Assembly: GCA_963648435.1 (NCBI GenBank)
Contig: CAVJDT010000004.1
Coordinates: forward strand, 1-61,260
Origin: Bacillota bacterium
GTDB lineage: Bacteria; Bacillota_I; Bacilli_A; ML615J-28; CAG-313
Direction: 5' to 3'
Length of the DNA: 61,260 bases
Shown: positions 18,178-26,776 of the stretch, in pieces
Numbering within the stretch: the first letter of the stretch is position 1
Layout: each line of letters opens with the position of its first letter
Notes under the pieces: model-generated
What the model saw: the letters and a program-made list of their open reading frames with translations, nothing else
Told to the model about the DNA's origin: nothing
Database searches by the model: none
Translations under genes and position numbers: made by a program

Positions 18178-18970
18178 TTACCACACACATACATATTTAT
18201 GTAGACATGCGGAGGGAAAGCCAATTGACTATGTTAAAATAGCAAATGATTTAGGCTATCACACAATCGGCATAACCGACCATGGGCCAATAATTCAAAC
18301 AATCAAAGATCAAATTATAAGTCGCCGAATGAATTTTAACGAATATTATAATCTTTATCTGCCTGAGCTTGTAGATGCCCAAAAAGCTTATCCAAATATT
18401 AAAGTATTAAAAGGCCTTGAACTTGAATATTTTGAAGAAATGAAAGAATATTATCCTAAGTTTTTAGAACAATTAGATTACCTTGTACTTGGACAACATT
18501 TCATTCATCATCAAAATAAAATAATAAGTATCTATAGTGATGAAATTGATGCTTCCGCCATCAAATCATATGAAAAAGATGTTGTTAAAGCAATTGAAAC
18601 GGGATACTTTAAGATTTTAGCTCATCCTGATCTTTATTGTTGGACTTACAATAAATGGGATGAAGCCGCCATCTCGGTTGCTAAAGCCATCATTTCATCC
18701 GCAATCCAAAACAATGTTTATTTAGAAATTAATGCCAATGGAATCAGAAACTGTAGTCGTAAAGAACATAAATATTTATTAAGTAATGGTCATATCAGTT
18801 ACAGTTACCCTAAATATGAATTTTGGAAACTTGCAAAAGAGATGAATGCAAAAATCATTATTGACGATGATGCCCACTTTTTTAAGCACATGAATGATGA
18901 TGCAACATTAGAAGCAATTGAACTTGCGGATGAATTAAACATTGATGTATTAGATAAAATTGATTTATAA
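18146..18970 (+). CDS. PHP-family (HisJ-type histidinol-phosphatase-like) phosphoesterase
   Basis: NYHTHTYLCRHA metal-binding N-terminus, PHP-domain His/Asp pattern. Start ambiguous (ATG at 18146, 18158 or 18167). Confidence 0.7.
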   Translation: MDIIMKKMKSNYHTHTYLCRHAEGKPIDYVKIANDLGYHTIGITDHGPIIQTIKDQIISRRMNFNEYYNLYLPELVDAQKAYPNIKVLKGLELEYFEEMKEYYPKFLEQLDYLVLGQHFIHHQNKIISIYSDEIDASAIKSYEKDVVKAIETGYFKILAHPDLYCWTYNKWDEAAISVAKAIISSAIQNNVYLEINANGIRNCSRKEHKYLLSNGHISYSYPKYEFWKLAKEMNAKIIIDDDAHFFKHMNDDATLEAIELADELNIDVLDKIDL

Positions 18971-19017
18971 CCGTAATCAGAGCGTTTGAATTTTAAAAAC
19001 TAATATAATTATTAATT
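18969..19017 (+). repeat. GAGCGTTTGA-family repeat, copy 4 / left inverted repeat of the dif region
   Basis: AACCGTAATCAGAGCGTTTGAA (18969-18990), overlapping the PHP stop codon, followed by a 26-mer that recurs at 19212-19237. Confidence 0.8.
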
Positions 19018-19060
19018 TGAATTTTATTAAAGGGTCTATAATTAATAGCGTACAAATATT

Positions 19061-19083
19061 CCAGGAGAAATCCTGGTTTTTTT
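19061..19083 (+). terminator. Rho-independent terminator after PHP gene
   Basis: CCAGGA-gaaa-TCCTGG followed by T7. Confidence 0.75.
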
Positions 19084-19211
19084 ATCTTTAATTTTTTAAG
19101 TTTAACTTATTAAATAAAAAATTAAAACTAAATTATTAATTTAAGCTTTAATGTGATCAACAAATTAGTAACAATTAGTTATGCATTAAACCTTTGTTAT
19201 AGAAGATGAAA

Positions 19212-19237
19212 TTTAAAAACTAATATAATTATTAATT
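19212..19237 (+). repeat. 26-nt exact duplicate of 18992-19017
   Basis: TTTAAAAACTAATATAATTATTAATT in both places. Confidence 0.85.
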
Positions 19238-19501
19238 CAACTTGCAAATTAATTACAGAATCAAGTATGAAGCTAAAAGAAGCCTATATTCAAACGTTTA
19301 TAACTATGTTGATAAATTAAACATTAGCTATAAAGAAGATGAAATTTAGGTTGTTTTTGCCACTTAATAAATATAGTCATGATTTTTAAAATGATGTAGT
19401 TTATTTATTTAAAATTAGTTGAATTCGACAAATAAATACTCCATATAAGAAGTTTGCTACTATTAAATGCTTTATTTCGTCTATTTACACTTATGCGTTT
19501 T

Positions 19502-19529
19502 ACTTCCTATAATATATATTATGTTAACC
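19502..19529 (+). other. dif: dif chromosome-dimer resolution site (Xer recombinase target)
   Basis: ACTTCCTATAA-TATATA-TTATGTTAACC. 25/28 match to B. subtilis dif as recalled (ACTTCCTAGAATATATATTATGTAAACT). Right arm 9/11 to the E. coli XerD arm. Located at the + to - gene-polarity switch. Confidence 0.8.
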
Positions 19530-19690
19530 AATAAAAAAGTAAAGTAAAACCGAAATAAATTAACAATTATTTATTAACGTTGATAACTATATGAAATGTG
19601 GATAACCTATTTAAAACTATATCAGTATCTTTTACTTTAATAAAATAAAATCTATTATTTGTCGGTTTCTATACTCATTAAATTAAAATC

Positions 19691-19746
19691 TGAATTATTA
19701 ATTATCCATCTTTTTTAATTTCAAACGCTCAGATAACGGTTATTTT
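19691..19746 (-). repeat. GAGCGTTTGA-family repeat, copy 5 (inverted orientation; right IR a)
   Basis: The reverse complement of 19720-19741, AACCGTTATCTGAGCGTTTGAA, is 20/22 to 18969-18990. Preceded by the AATTATT arm. Confidence 0.8.
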
Positions 19747-19948
19747 TATAGCTAATCAACAAATCGATTAATTTATTTCATTTTTCTATTGATCCATATT
19801 TTAGCAATTCAATAAATAATTATTCTTTCATTATTTTTTATATGTTTTAAAAGGATTATTTAAATTAATATCTTAACTTATTAATTAACATAGTCCAATA
19901 AAATATCAAAACCTTGTTTTTTAAACTCCCGTTAAAATAGTTCAATGC

Positions 19949-19997
19949 GTAATTATTCAGCTTTTTTAATTTCAAACGCTCTAATAACGGTTATTTT
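19949..19997 (-). repeat. GAGCGTTTGA-family repeat, copy 6 (inverted orientation; right IR b)
   Basis: 19961-19997 is 35/37 identical to 19710-19746, offset 251 bp. The reverse complement of 19971-19992 is 20/22 to 18969-18990. Confidence 0.8.
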
Positions 19998-20166
19998 AAA
20001 TCATTAGCCTTAAATTAGCGCTTTTTTTGATTTAATCTTACTTATGATCAATTATTCATATTTCTGTTATTCTTTTAAATTTAGGCATTATTTTAGGCTT
20101 TATTTTTATAATTGAATAGATAAAATAAAAAAGATATCTTAAATAGATATCTCATAAATAAGTATG

Positions 20167-20189
20167 AAGGCAAAAAACCGCCTTTTTTT
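20167..20189 (+). terminator. Orphan terminator-like hairpin with no upstream gene
   Basis: AAGGC-aaaaaacc-GCCTT followed by T7. The nearest + strand CDS ends 1.2 kb upstream. Confidence 0.4.
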
Positions 20190-20228
20190 GATTTTAATAT
20201 CAAAAGTGATTAATTATTCATTTTAAAG

Positions 20229-20276
20229 AAAAAATGCCAAAAATAAGCCTAAATTAAGCTCAAATTGGCATTTTTT
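20229..20276 (-). terminator. Probable terminator of alpha/beta hydrolase gene (A/T-flanked, bidirectional shape)
   Basis: AAAAAATGCCAA...TTGGCATTTTTT, 8-bp stem with a large loop. Confidence 0.5.
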
Positions 20277-20327
20277 AATACTTTATTAAGTTTCAAAATA
20301 TGTTGATTTTACTTATATTTAATGACA

Positions 20328-21242
20328 TTATTTGTTATAAAACGAAATAATCATATCATATACCTGTTTTTTGATCTCATCAGATTCATTATGAACTTCA
20401 TGTCTAGCATTATCAATTAATTTATAAGTAACATTTAAATTATACTTTTTATAAAGTTTAGCAAGACGTACAATTGATTTGCCATAATTACTCACAGGGT
20501 CTTCTATTCCAGAATAAAGTAAAATCTTAACGTTTGGATTAATGTTTTTAAGATTTTTAGGTTTCACATTCTCACACATCATTTTCGCCATTGAATAAAA
20601 ATAGTTCGCAGAAAAATCCTTGCCACAATATTTATTATTTTCAAATTCTTTAATATTATCTTTATTAATGCTTAACCAACCATATTTTGGATGGTCATTC
20701 TTGAAACGCTTATTAAATCCATCAGTTGTTAATTTTAAGACAAGATTTGAATATTTAATTTTATCTTTGCTTGAACAAAGTCTTAAAATAGGTTTTCCAA
20801 ATGCATATCTACCCCCACCAATATCAGTACCACTTAAAACTACATAATCAAAATCATTAGGATACTTTTGAATATAACGCTGAGCGGCCATGGAGCCCAT
20901 TGAGTGAGCAAATAAACATTTTTTAACGCCAATAAACTTTTCATCATATTCATCTCTGACTAGTTTCATGGCTTTAATAATCGCATCCATAAAGTCATAA
21001 TCAAGGGTTTCACCAATTTCATCTAATGAATTTGCGGAATCACCATGTGCAAAGTGGTCATGGCCTACAACCATGTAACCTGCTGAAACAAAGAAATTTG
21101 CCATTTCATCATATCTTAAGATGTTTTCAGCCATTCCATGAAAGATTTCAATTACCCCTTTTACTTTCATATTTTCCTCATACCATAAGTACGATACAAT
21201 ATTTGTTTTGTTATCAAATTTTAAAATTTTTTGTTCACGCAT
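20328..21242 (-). CDS. Alpha/beta hydrolase (lysophospholipase / monoacylglycerol-lipase-like)
   Basis: Nucleophile elbow AHSMGS, 304 aa. TAATG overlap with deoB. Confidence 0.75.
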   Translation of the reverse strand: MREQKILKFDNKTNIVSYLWYEENMKVKGVIEIFHGMAENILRYDEMANFFVSAGYMVVGHDHFAHGDSANSLDEIGETLDYDFMDAIIKAMKLVRDEYDEKFIGVKKCLFAHSMGSMAAQRYIQKYPNDFDYVVLSGTDIGGGRYAFGKPILRLCSSKDKIKYSNLVLKLTTDGFNKRFKNDHPKYGWLSINKDNIKEFENNKYCGKDFSANYFYSMAKMMCENVKPKNLKNINPNVKILLYSGIEDPVSNYGKSIVRLAKLYKKYNLNVTYKLIDNARHEVHNESDEIKKQVYDMIISFYNK

Positions 21243-22420
21243 TATAGTTCTCCTAACAATGTTTTTCCAATTTTTGGCATTTCAACTTTGAAATTATCAG
21301 AAATAGTAGCACCTACCACCGCGAAAGACTCTAAAACGCCTAAATTATGGCCCCTAATATGTTTATGATACATAATTAGCGGAACATCTTCTCTAGTGTG
21401 ATCGGTACCATGATGAATGGGGTCATTTCCATGGTCAGAAACAACCATCAATAAATCATCATCATGCATTTTAGCCATAAACTCACCTAATTTAACGTCA
21501 AACTCTTCGATAGCTTGATGATACCCAGGTAAATCACGGCGATGTCCATATAAGGAATCAAAATCTACTAAATTAGTAAAGCAAAATCCTGTAAAATCTT
21601 GGTCAAGAAGTTTAATTGTTTGATTCATTCCATCATTATTACTGACCGTGCGATGTGATTCATCTATTCCATATCCATCAAAAATATCATAAATTTTACC
21701 TACAGAAATTGTTTTGTAACCGGCATCTTGTAAAAAATTCAAAACAGTACGGTCAAATGGTTTTAACGCATAATCATGACGGTTAGCCGTGCGTTTAAAA
21801 GTTTCTTTAGAATGACCAACAAATGGACGGGCAATAACTCGGCCGACTTTCCAAGCAGGATTTTCAATTGTTATTTTTCTAGCATATGCACAAATATCAT
21901 ATAACTCACTAAGTGGAATAATTTCTTCATTAGCTTCAAGTTGCAATACTGAATCAGCTGAAGTATAAATAATAATGGCTCCTGTTTTAAGTTGCTCTTC
22001 CCCTAATTCTTTCATTATTTCCGTTCCGCTTTCCGCAATATTACCAATCATTTTACGTCCACTATATTTTTCTAATGCTTCAATTAGTTCTTTGGGAAAA
22101 CCCGTTTTTGTAAATGACGGAAAGGGCGTTGTTACTTTTAAACCCATCATTTCAAAGTGGCCAGTAAGTGTATCTTTGCTACAACTTACTTCCTGAAGTT
22201 TTGCGACAACACCTTTTGGGTTTTCTTGTTTTTTTACCATTTTGTTTTCACAAATATTTCCTATTCCTAAGGCTTCTAAATTAGGTACATTAAATGAAGG
22301 CATTCCTTCCGCAATATGTTTAAAAGTATTAGCCCCTACATCATTATATTCTATCGCATCCTTAGCTTCTCCAATTCCCATTGAATCAGTTACAATTACA
22401 AAAATTCTTTTAAATTTCAT
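21242..22420 (-). CDS. deoB: Phosphopentomutase
   Basis: MKFKRIFVIVTDSMGIG..., metal-site SDHGNDP. Start at ATG 22420 behind GAGGAG; the ORF-track extension covers the RBS. Confidence 0.92.
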   Translation of the reverse strand: MKFKRIFVIVTDSMGIGEAKDAIEYNDVGANTFKHIAEGMPSFNVPNLEALGIGNICENKMVKKQENPKGVVAKLQEVSCSKDTLTGHFEMMGLKVTTPFPSFTKTGFPKELIEALEKYSGRKMIGNIAESGTEIMKELGEEQLKTGAIIIYTSADSVLQLEANEEIIPLSELYDICAYARKITIENPAWKVGRVIARPFVGHSKETFKRTANRHDYALKPFDRTVLNFLQDAGYKTISVGKIYDIFDGYGIDESHRTVSNNDGMNQTIKLLDQDFTGFCFTNLVDFDSLYGHRRDLPGYHQAIEEFDVKLGEFMAKMHDDDLLMVVSDHGNDPIHHGTDHTREDVPLIMYHKHIRGHNLGVLESFAVVGATISDNFKVEMPKIGKTLLGEL

Positions 22421-22421
22421 C

Positions 22422-23321
22422 TTATTTATCTCCTCTCGGGTGGGCACTATTATATACAGATTTTATTTTTTGCTTACTTAAATGCGTGTAAATTTGAGTT
22501 GTTGAAATATCCTCATGACCAAGCATTTCTTGAATATAGCGAAGATCAGTTCCCGCTTCTAGTAAATGGGTTGCAAAAGAATGACGCAAAGTATGAGGGG
22601 AGATTTCTTTTTCAATCCCCGCATCTTTTGCAAGTCTTTTAAGTATTAAGAAAAAACTTTGTCTTGAAAGCGGTTGACCCTGATTATTAAGAAAAAGATA
22701 ATTATTATCCTTACCATTTTTAATTAGTTCAGGTCGATATTTCACAATATAATCACGCAATATTTTTGATGCATAATCATTAATTGGAACAATTCGTTCT
22801 TTACTTCCTTTACCAGTTGTTGAAATCATTTTACTCGTTAAATGTAATTCATTAAGTTTTAAATTAACTAATTCAGATACCCTTAAACCAGTTCCATACA
22901 TTACCTCAATCATTGCTCTATTTCTCGCATTATAAGGGGTGTCATCATTTAAACTGTTTAATAACATCATTACTTCTTCTACTGATAATACCGTTGGAAG
23001 TTTTTTATCAAGTTTGGGAGCACTAATTGAAAGAGTTGGATTATGTTTAGTGTAGTGTTCAAGAACTAAAAACTTATGAAAAGATTTTAAAGTACTAAGT
23101 GCTCTACTACTAGATGAAGGAGAATACCCCATTTTCTTTAAGTATGCTAAATAATTTTTGACATCTTCGGTTGTAACATTTTTAATATCCGTTATGCCCT
23201 TTACATTTTCTAGATAATATAAATAATTTAAAACATCACTGCCATATGACTGAATCGTATTATTACTTTTCATTTTTTCACTGGCAAGATATGTTGTATA
23301 TTCAGTTACTAATTCATCCAT
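22422..23321 (-). CDS. xerD: Site-specific tyrosine recombinase XerD
   Basis: Catalytic residues in GLRVSEL, HTLRHSFATHL, LGHEDISTTQIYTH. xerD-deoB order as at the B. subtilis ripX-drm locus. Confidence 0.85.
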   Translation of the reverse strand: MDELVTEYTTYLASEKMKSNNTIQSYGSDVLNYLYYLENVKGITDIKNVTTEDVKNYLAYLKKMGYSPSSSSRALSTLKSFHKFLVLEHYTKHNPTLSISAPKLDKKLPTVLSVEEVMMLLNSLNDDTPYNARNRAMIEVMYGTGLRVSELVNLKLNELHLTSKMISTTGKGSKERIVPINDYASKILRDYIVKYRPELIKNGKDNNYLFLNNQGQPLSRQSFFLILKRLAKDAGIEKEISPHTLRHSFATHLLEAGTDLRYIQEMLGHEDISTTQIYTHLSKQKIKSVYNSAHPRGDK

Positions 23322-23329
23322 AAAGGCTC

Positions 23330-24454
23330 CTAAATTATTTTAATTATAATATGGTTAGCGATATAACTATAGCGACTTGGAATTTTAATATAACCATTTA
23401 TTTCTTCAAGTAATCCTTCATTTATTAGTTTTAAAATAATTGGAAATTTAGAAGCTAATTCAATCTGGTATTTTTTGAAAAAATTAGTTTTACTGATTCC
23501 TTCCATCTTTCTAAGTCCTAACATAATTTCATCATTCATTTCATCATTAATTGATTGTGACTCATAATCTTCAAGTTCAAGTTGACCTTTAATAAGTCCT
23601 TCATAGTATTTTTCTAAATTACGAATGTTGGTATAGCGTTCATGATTTAAATGAGTTGCGGCGGCAACTCCAATGCCAAGGTATTCTTCATTATTCCAGT
23701 ACAACAAATTATGTTTTGACTCAAATCCTTTAATTGCAAAATTACTAGTTTCATAATGGATAAAACCATGTTCTTTTAAAATATCATTAATTTTTTCATA
23801 CATTGAAGCATCTAGGTCATCACTTGTTAATTCAAACTTTTTTTCTTGATACCATTTATTTAAGATGGTATGATTTTCTAAAATTAAGGAGTAAGTAGAT
23901 AGATGGGTAATACCTAGTTTAAGTAAACAATCAACATCATTTATAACATCATCAATTGTTTCATTAGGTATGCCATAAATAAGATCACAGTTGATATTTG
24001 TTATGCCTACTTTTTTAATTAATTTTATTTTATCTTTAATTTCATTAAAATCAAAATAAGTATTACGACCCAAAAAGGCAATAATTTCTTTTTTAAAACT
24101 TTGAATTCCCATGCTAATTCTTGAAACATGATAAGTTTTAAAAAGTTGTAATAATTCAAATGTAACATCTTCAGGATTAACTTCAACCGTAAATTCTGAA
24201 AGCGTACTTAAATTAATATTTTTATCTAAGTAATCAAATAAGTCTTTTAAATCATCTAAATTTAAAGAACTAGGCGTTCCACCACCGATGTATAAGGTGT
24301 CGAACTGATAATTATTAAGCTTTTTAATTTTCATCTCCGCTAGGAGCGCTTTTACATACTTAGATTTGAAAGAATCACTAACAACCATTTTGTAAAAATC
24401 ACAATAATGACAAATGTGACGACAAAAGGGAATATGAATATATAATCCTAACAT
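23330..24454 (-). CDS. hemW: Radical SAM heme chaperone HemW (HemN-like)
   Basis: CRHICHYCDF CxxxCxxC motif plus HemN_C domain. Start at ATG 24454 behind AGAGGTGA. Downstream of lepA as in Bacillus. Confidence 0.88.
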   Translation of the reverse strand: MLGLYIHIPFCRHICHYCDFYKMVVSDSFKSKYVKALLAEMKIKKLNNYQFDTLYIGGGTPSSLNLDDLKDLFDYLDKNINLSTLSEFTVEVNPEDVTFELLQLFKTYHVSRISMGIQSFKKEIIAFLGRNTYFDFNEIKDKIKLIKKVGITNINCDLIYGIPNETIDDVINDVDCLLKLGITHLSTYSLILENHTILNKWYQEKKFELTSDDLDASMYEKINDILKEHGFIHYETSNFAIKGFESKHNLLYWNNEEYLGIGVAAATHLNHERYTNIRNLEKYYEGLIKGQLELEDYESQSINDEMNDEIMLGLRKMEGISKTNFFKKYQIELASKFPIILKLINEGLLEEINGYIKIPSRYSYIANHIIIKII

Positions 24455-24500
24455 CGATATCACCTCTAATATTATATCAAAAAAATAAAGAAAAGAAAAG

Positions 24501-24527
24501 AAAAAAACTGAAAATTCAGTTTTTTTA
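24501..24527 (-). terminator. Terminator between lepA and hemW
   Basis: - strand AAAAAACTGAA-tt-TTCAGTTTTTTT right after the lepA stop. hemW then has a TGaTATAAT -10 element. Confidence 0.6.
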
Positions 24528-26351
24528 ATCATCTATTTTTAAAACGGCCAAAAAGGCTTCTTGAGGGATTTCGACACTACCTACTTGTTTCATGCGTTTT
24601 TTACCTTCTTTTTGTTTTTCAAGTAGTTTCTTTTTTCTTGATACGTCGCCCCCATAACACTTTGCAAGGACATCTTTTCTTAAGGCAGCTATATTTTCTC
24701 TAGCAATAATCTTACCATTTATTGCGGCTTGAACAGGAATTTCAAATTGTTCACGAGGAATTAACTTTCTTAGTTTTTGAACTAAAGTTTTACCCCGGTT
24801 ATAGGCAAAATCCCGGTGGACAATGACACTTAAGGCATCAATCTTATCACCATTTAATAAAATATCCATTTTTACTAAATTAGATACCCGGTAATCGGCA
24901 AGTTCATAATCAAAGGATGCATAGCCTTTCGTTGTTGATTTAAGCCGGTCAAAGAAATCATAAACAATTTCGGTAAGTGGTAAATCATATTTTAAGACTA
25001 CTCTTGTTTCATTAATATATTCCATATCAACAAACGTTCCCCGCTTATTTTGGCATATTTCCATAACATTTCCCACAAATTCAGTAGAAACCATGATAGT
25101 CGCATGAACGTATGGCTCTTCAATATGTTTAATTTTAGTAAAATCAGGAAGTTCACTAGGGTTATCAATGGCGATGGTTTCCCCATTTGTTAGTAAAACA
25201 TGATATTCAACACTTGGAGCAGTCGCAATTAAATCAAGTTTATACTCTCTTTCTAATCTTTCTTCAATTACATCCATATGAAGGAGTCCTAAAAAACCTG
25301 TTCGAAAACCAAACCCTAAAGCTTGGGAGGTCTCTGGTTCAAATACTAGGGCCGCATCATTCAATTTTAATTTTTCAAGGGCATCTTTTAAATCATCATA
25401 ACGATTAGCCTCAACCGGATATAAGCCACAAAAAACCATAGAATTTAGTTGGCGATATCCAGGCATGGCCTCGCTTGATTCTTGTTCAAGGGTAGTAACC
25501 GTATCCCCAACTCGAACATCCTTTACATCTTTAATGCTTGCACTAATCCAACCAACATCACCGGCACTTAAATAATCTTTTTTCTTTTCTTTTGGAGTGT
25601 TAACACCACATTCTAAAACTTCATATACGGCACCTGTTGCCATCATTTTGATGTGGTCACCTTTTTTTATAACCCCATGAAAAACTCTAATCGAAGGAAT
25701 TACCCCACGATATGGGTCATAAAAAGAATCAAAAATTAAAGCTTGAACTGGGTCTTCAGGGTTACCAGATGGAGCTGGAACTTTTGCGACAATTTGTTCA
25801 AGCAATTCATCAATGCCAATTCCTTCTTTCGCACTAGCTAAAACCGCATCACTTGCATCTAAGCCAATGACATCTTCAATTTCTCTTTTTACTTCTTCTG
25901 GATTCGCTGATGGCAAATCAATTTTATTAATGAGCGGTAATATTTCAAGGTCATTATCAATTGCTAGATAAACATTAGCTAAAGTTTGAGCTTCAATTCC
26001 TTGAGCCGCATCAACTACTAAAACGGCACCTTCACATGAGGCGAGTGATCTTGATACTTCATATGTAAAATCAACATGCCCAGGAGTATCTATTAAATGG
26101 AATAAATATGTATTTCCATTCTTAGCGTGATATTCAAGTTCCACCGCATTAAGCTTAATGGTAATTCCCCGTTCACGCTCTAAGTCCATGTTATCTAAAA
26201 GTTGATCACGCATTTCCCTTAAATCTACAGTTTTAGTCTTTTCCAAAATTCGATCAGCTAAAGTGCTCTTTCCATGGTCAATATGAGCAATGATTGAGAA
26301 ATTACGAATATATTTTTGACGTTCTTTTAAAGCTTGGTAATCAATGCTCAT
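24525..26351 (-). CDS. lepA: Translation elongation factor 4 (LepA)
   Basis: [29 protein letters not shown], LepA C-terminal domain. Confidence 0.97.
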   Translation of the reverse strand: MSIDYQALKERQKYIRNFSIIAHIDHGKSTLADRILEKTKTVDLREMRDQLLDNMDLERERGITIKLNAVELEYHAKNGNTYLFHLIDTPGHVDFTYEVSRSLASCEGAVLVVDAAQGIEAQTLANVYLAIDNDLEILPLINKIDLPSANPEEVKREIEDVIGLDASDAVLASAKEGIGIDELLEQIVAKVPAPSGNPEDPVQALIFDSFYDPYRGVIPSIRVFHGVIKKGDHIKMMATGAVYEVLECGVNTPKEKKKDYLSAGDVGWISASIKDVKDVRVGDTVTTLEQESSEAMPGYRQLNSMVFCGLYPVEANRYDDLKDALEKLKLNDAALVFEPETSQALGFGFRTGFLGLLHMDVIEERLEREYKLDLIATAPSVEYHVLLTNGETIAIDNPSELPDFTKIKHIEEPYVHATIMVSTEFVGNVMEICQNKRGTFVDMEYINETRVVLKYDLPLTEIVYDFFDRLKSTTKGYASFDYELADYRVSNLVKMDILLNGDKIDALSVIVHRDFAYNRGKTLVQKLRKLIPREQFEIPVQAAINGKIIARENIAALRKDVLAKCYGGDVSRKKKLLEKQKEGKKRMKQVGSVEIPQEAFLAVLKIDD

Positions 26352-26370
26352 AAAGCCCTCCTTCTACATA

Positions 26371-26688
26371 TTATTCTTCTTTATTTTCTTCATTATTTGA
26401 TTTTTTAAATTTGATATAATGTAAAATATACATTGTTGTATAGGCAATTGATACTAAAATGATTAAACAATAACATATTGTTACGATAATTGAACTAGCC
26501 TTAAAACCAATTGAAATTAAATTATAAAGACTTACTCCTAATAAAAGTAACGTAATTATTACATTAGTAATCAAGTCTCCAGCTTTTTTAGTTTTAATTT
26601 CAGAAACTAATAAACCAATCGAAATGATAAGAATAATAATTCCTAAAGCTTCATTCATACCAAATTGAACATTTGTTAAACTTAACAT
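26371..26688 (-). CDS. Small membrane protein (3 predicted TM), unknown function
   Basis: Hydrophobic 105-aa ORF directly upstream of lepA, downstream of a consensus promoter. Occupies the position of yqxA in Bacillus (weak positional analogy only). Confidence 0.5.
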   Translation of the reverse strand: MLSLTNVQFGMNEALGIIILIISIGLLVSEIKTKKAGDLITNVIITLLLLGVSLYNLISIGFKASSIIVTICYCLIILVSIAYTTMYILHYIKFKKSNNEENKEE

Positions 26689-26743
26689 ATCTCGTTTTCC
26701 TTTCTAAAGCTTTTTGCTTCATTATTTTTTGTTACAACCAATA

Positions 26744-26772
26744 ATTATACATTATTTTTGATTTTTTTGCAA
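26744..26772 (-). promoter_or_regulatory. Sigma-A promoter of the small membrane gene-lepA operon
   Basis: - strand TTGCAA - 17 nt - TATAAT. Confidence 0.7.
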
Positions 26773-26776
26773 GAAC

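Noticed and set aside
19267-19320. Short ORFs inside the gap, e.g. MKLKEAYIQTFITMLIN, considered as small-protein genes.
   Set aside because: No RBS and no promoter. The length and composition are what is expected by chance in AT-rich sequence.
19597-19605. Perfect DnaA box (TGTGGATAA, the reverse complement of TTATCCACA) 68 nt from dif, plus a TTATCCAT variant at 19702-19709, in very AT-rich DNA. Considered as a possible replication origin.
   Set aside because: Genes converge on this gap, whereas origins show divergence. There is no dnaA, dnaN or rpmH nearby and only one perfect box rather than a cluster. The adjacent 28-mer is a dif site, which marks the terminus. This is probably a chance or isolated DnaA titration site.
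18969-19997. Repeated motifs in the gap considered as a CRISPR array.
   Set aside because: The repeats are in mixed orientation, irregularly spaced (about 220, 130 and 251 bp) and of unequal length. There are no cas genes in the window, and the same family occurs singly at other gene ends.
20132-20152. Two copies of the palindromic octamer AGATATCT separated by 5 nt, considered as a possible operator or hairpin.
   Set aside because: There is no adjacent gene or promoter to regulate, it occurs only once, and it is short enough to arise by chance in AT-rich DNA. Noted only as part of the unusual gap.
22422-23321. Tyrosine recombinase considered as a phage or ICE integrase marking a mobile element.
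   Set aside because: It has XerD-type motifs and length and the conserved xerD-deoB housekeeping synteny. There are no phage, conjugation or att-like features around it.
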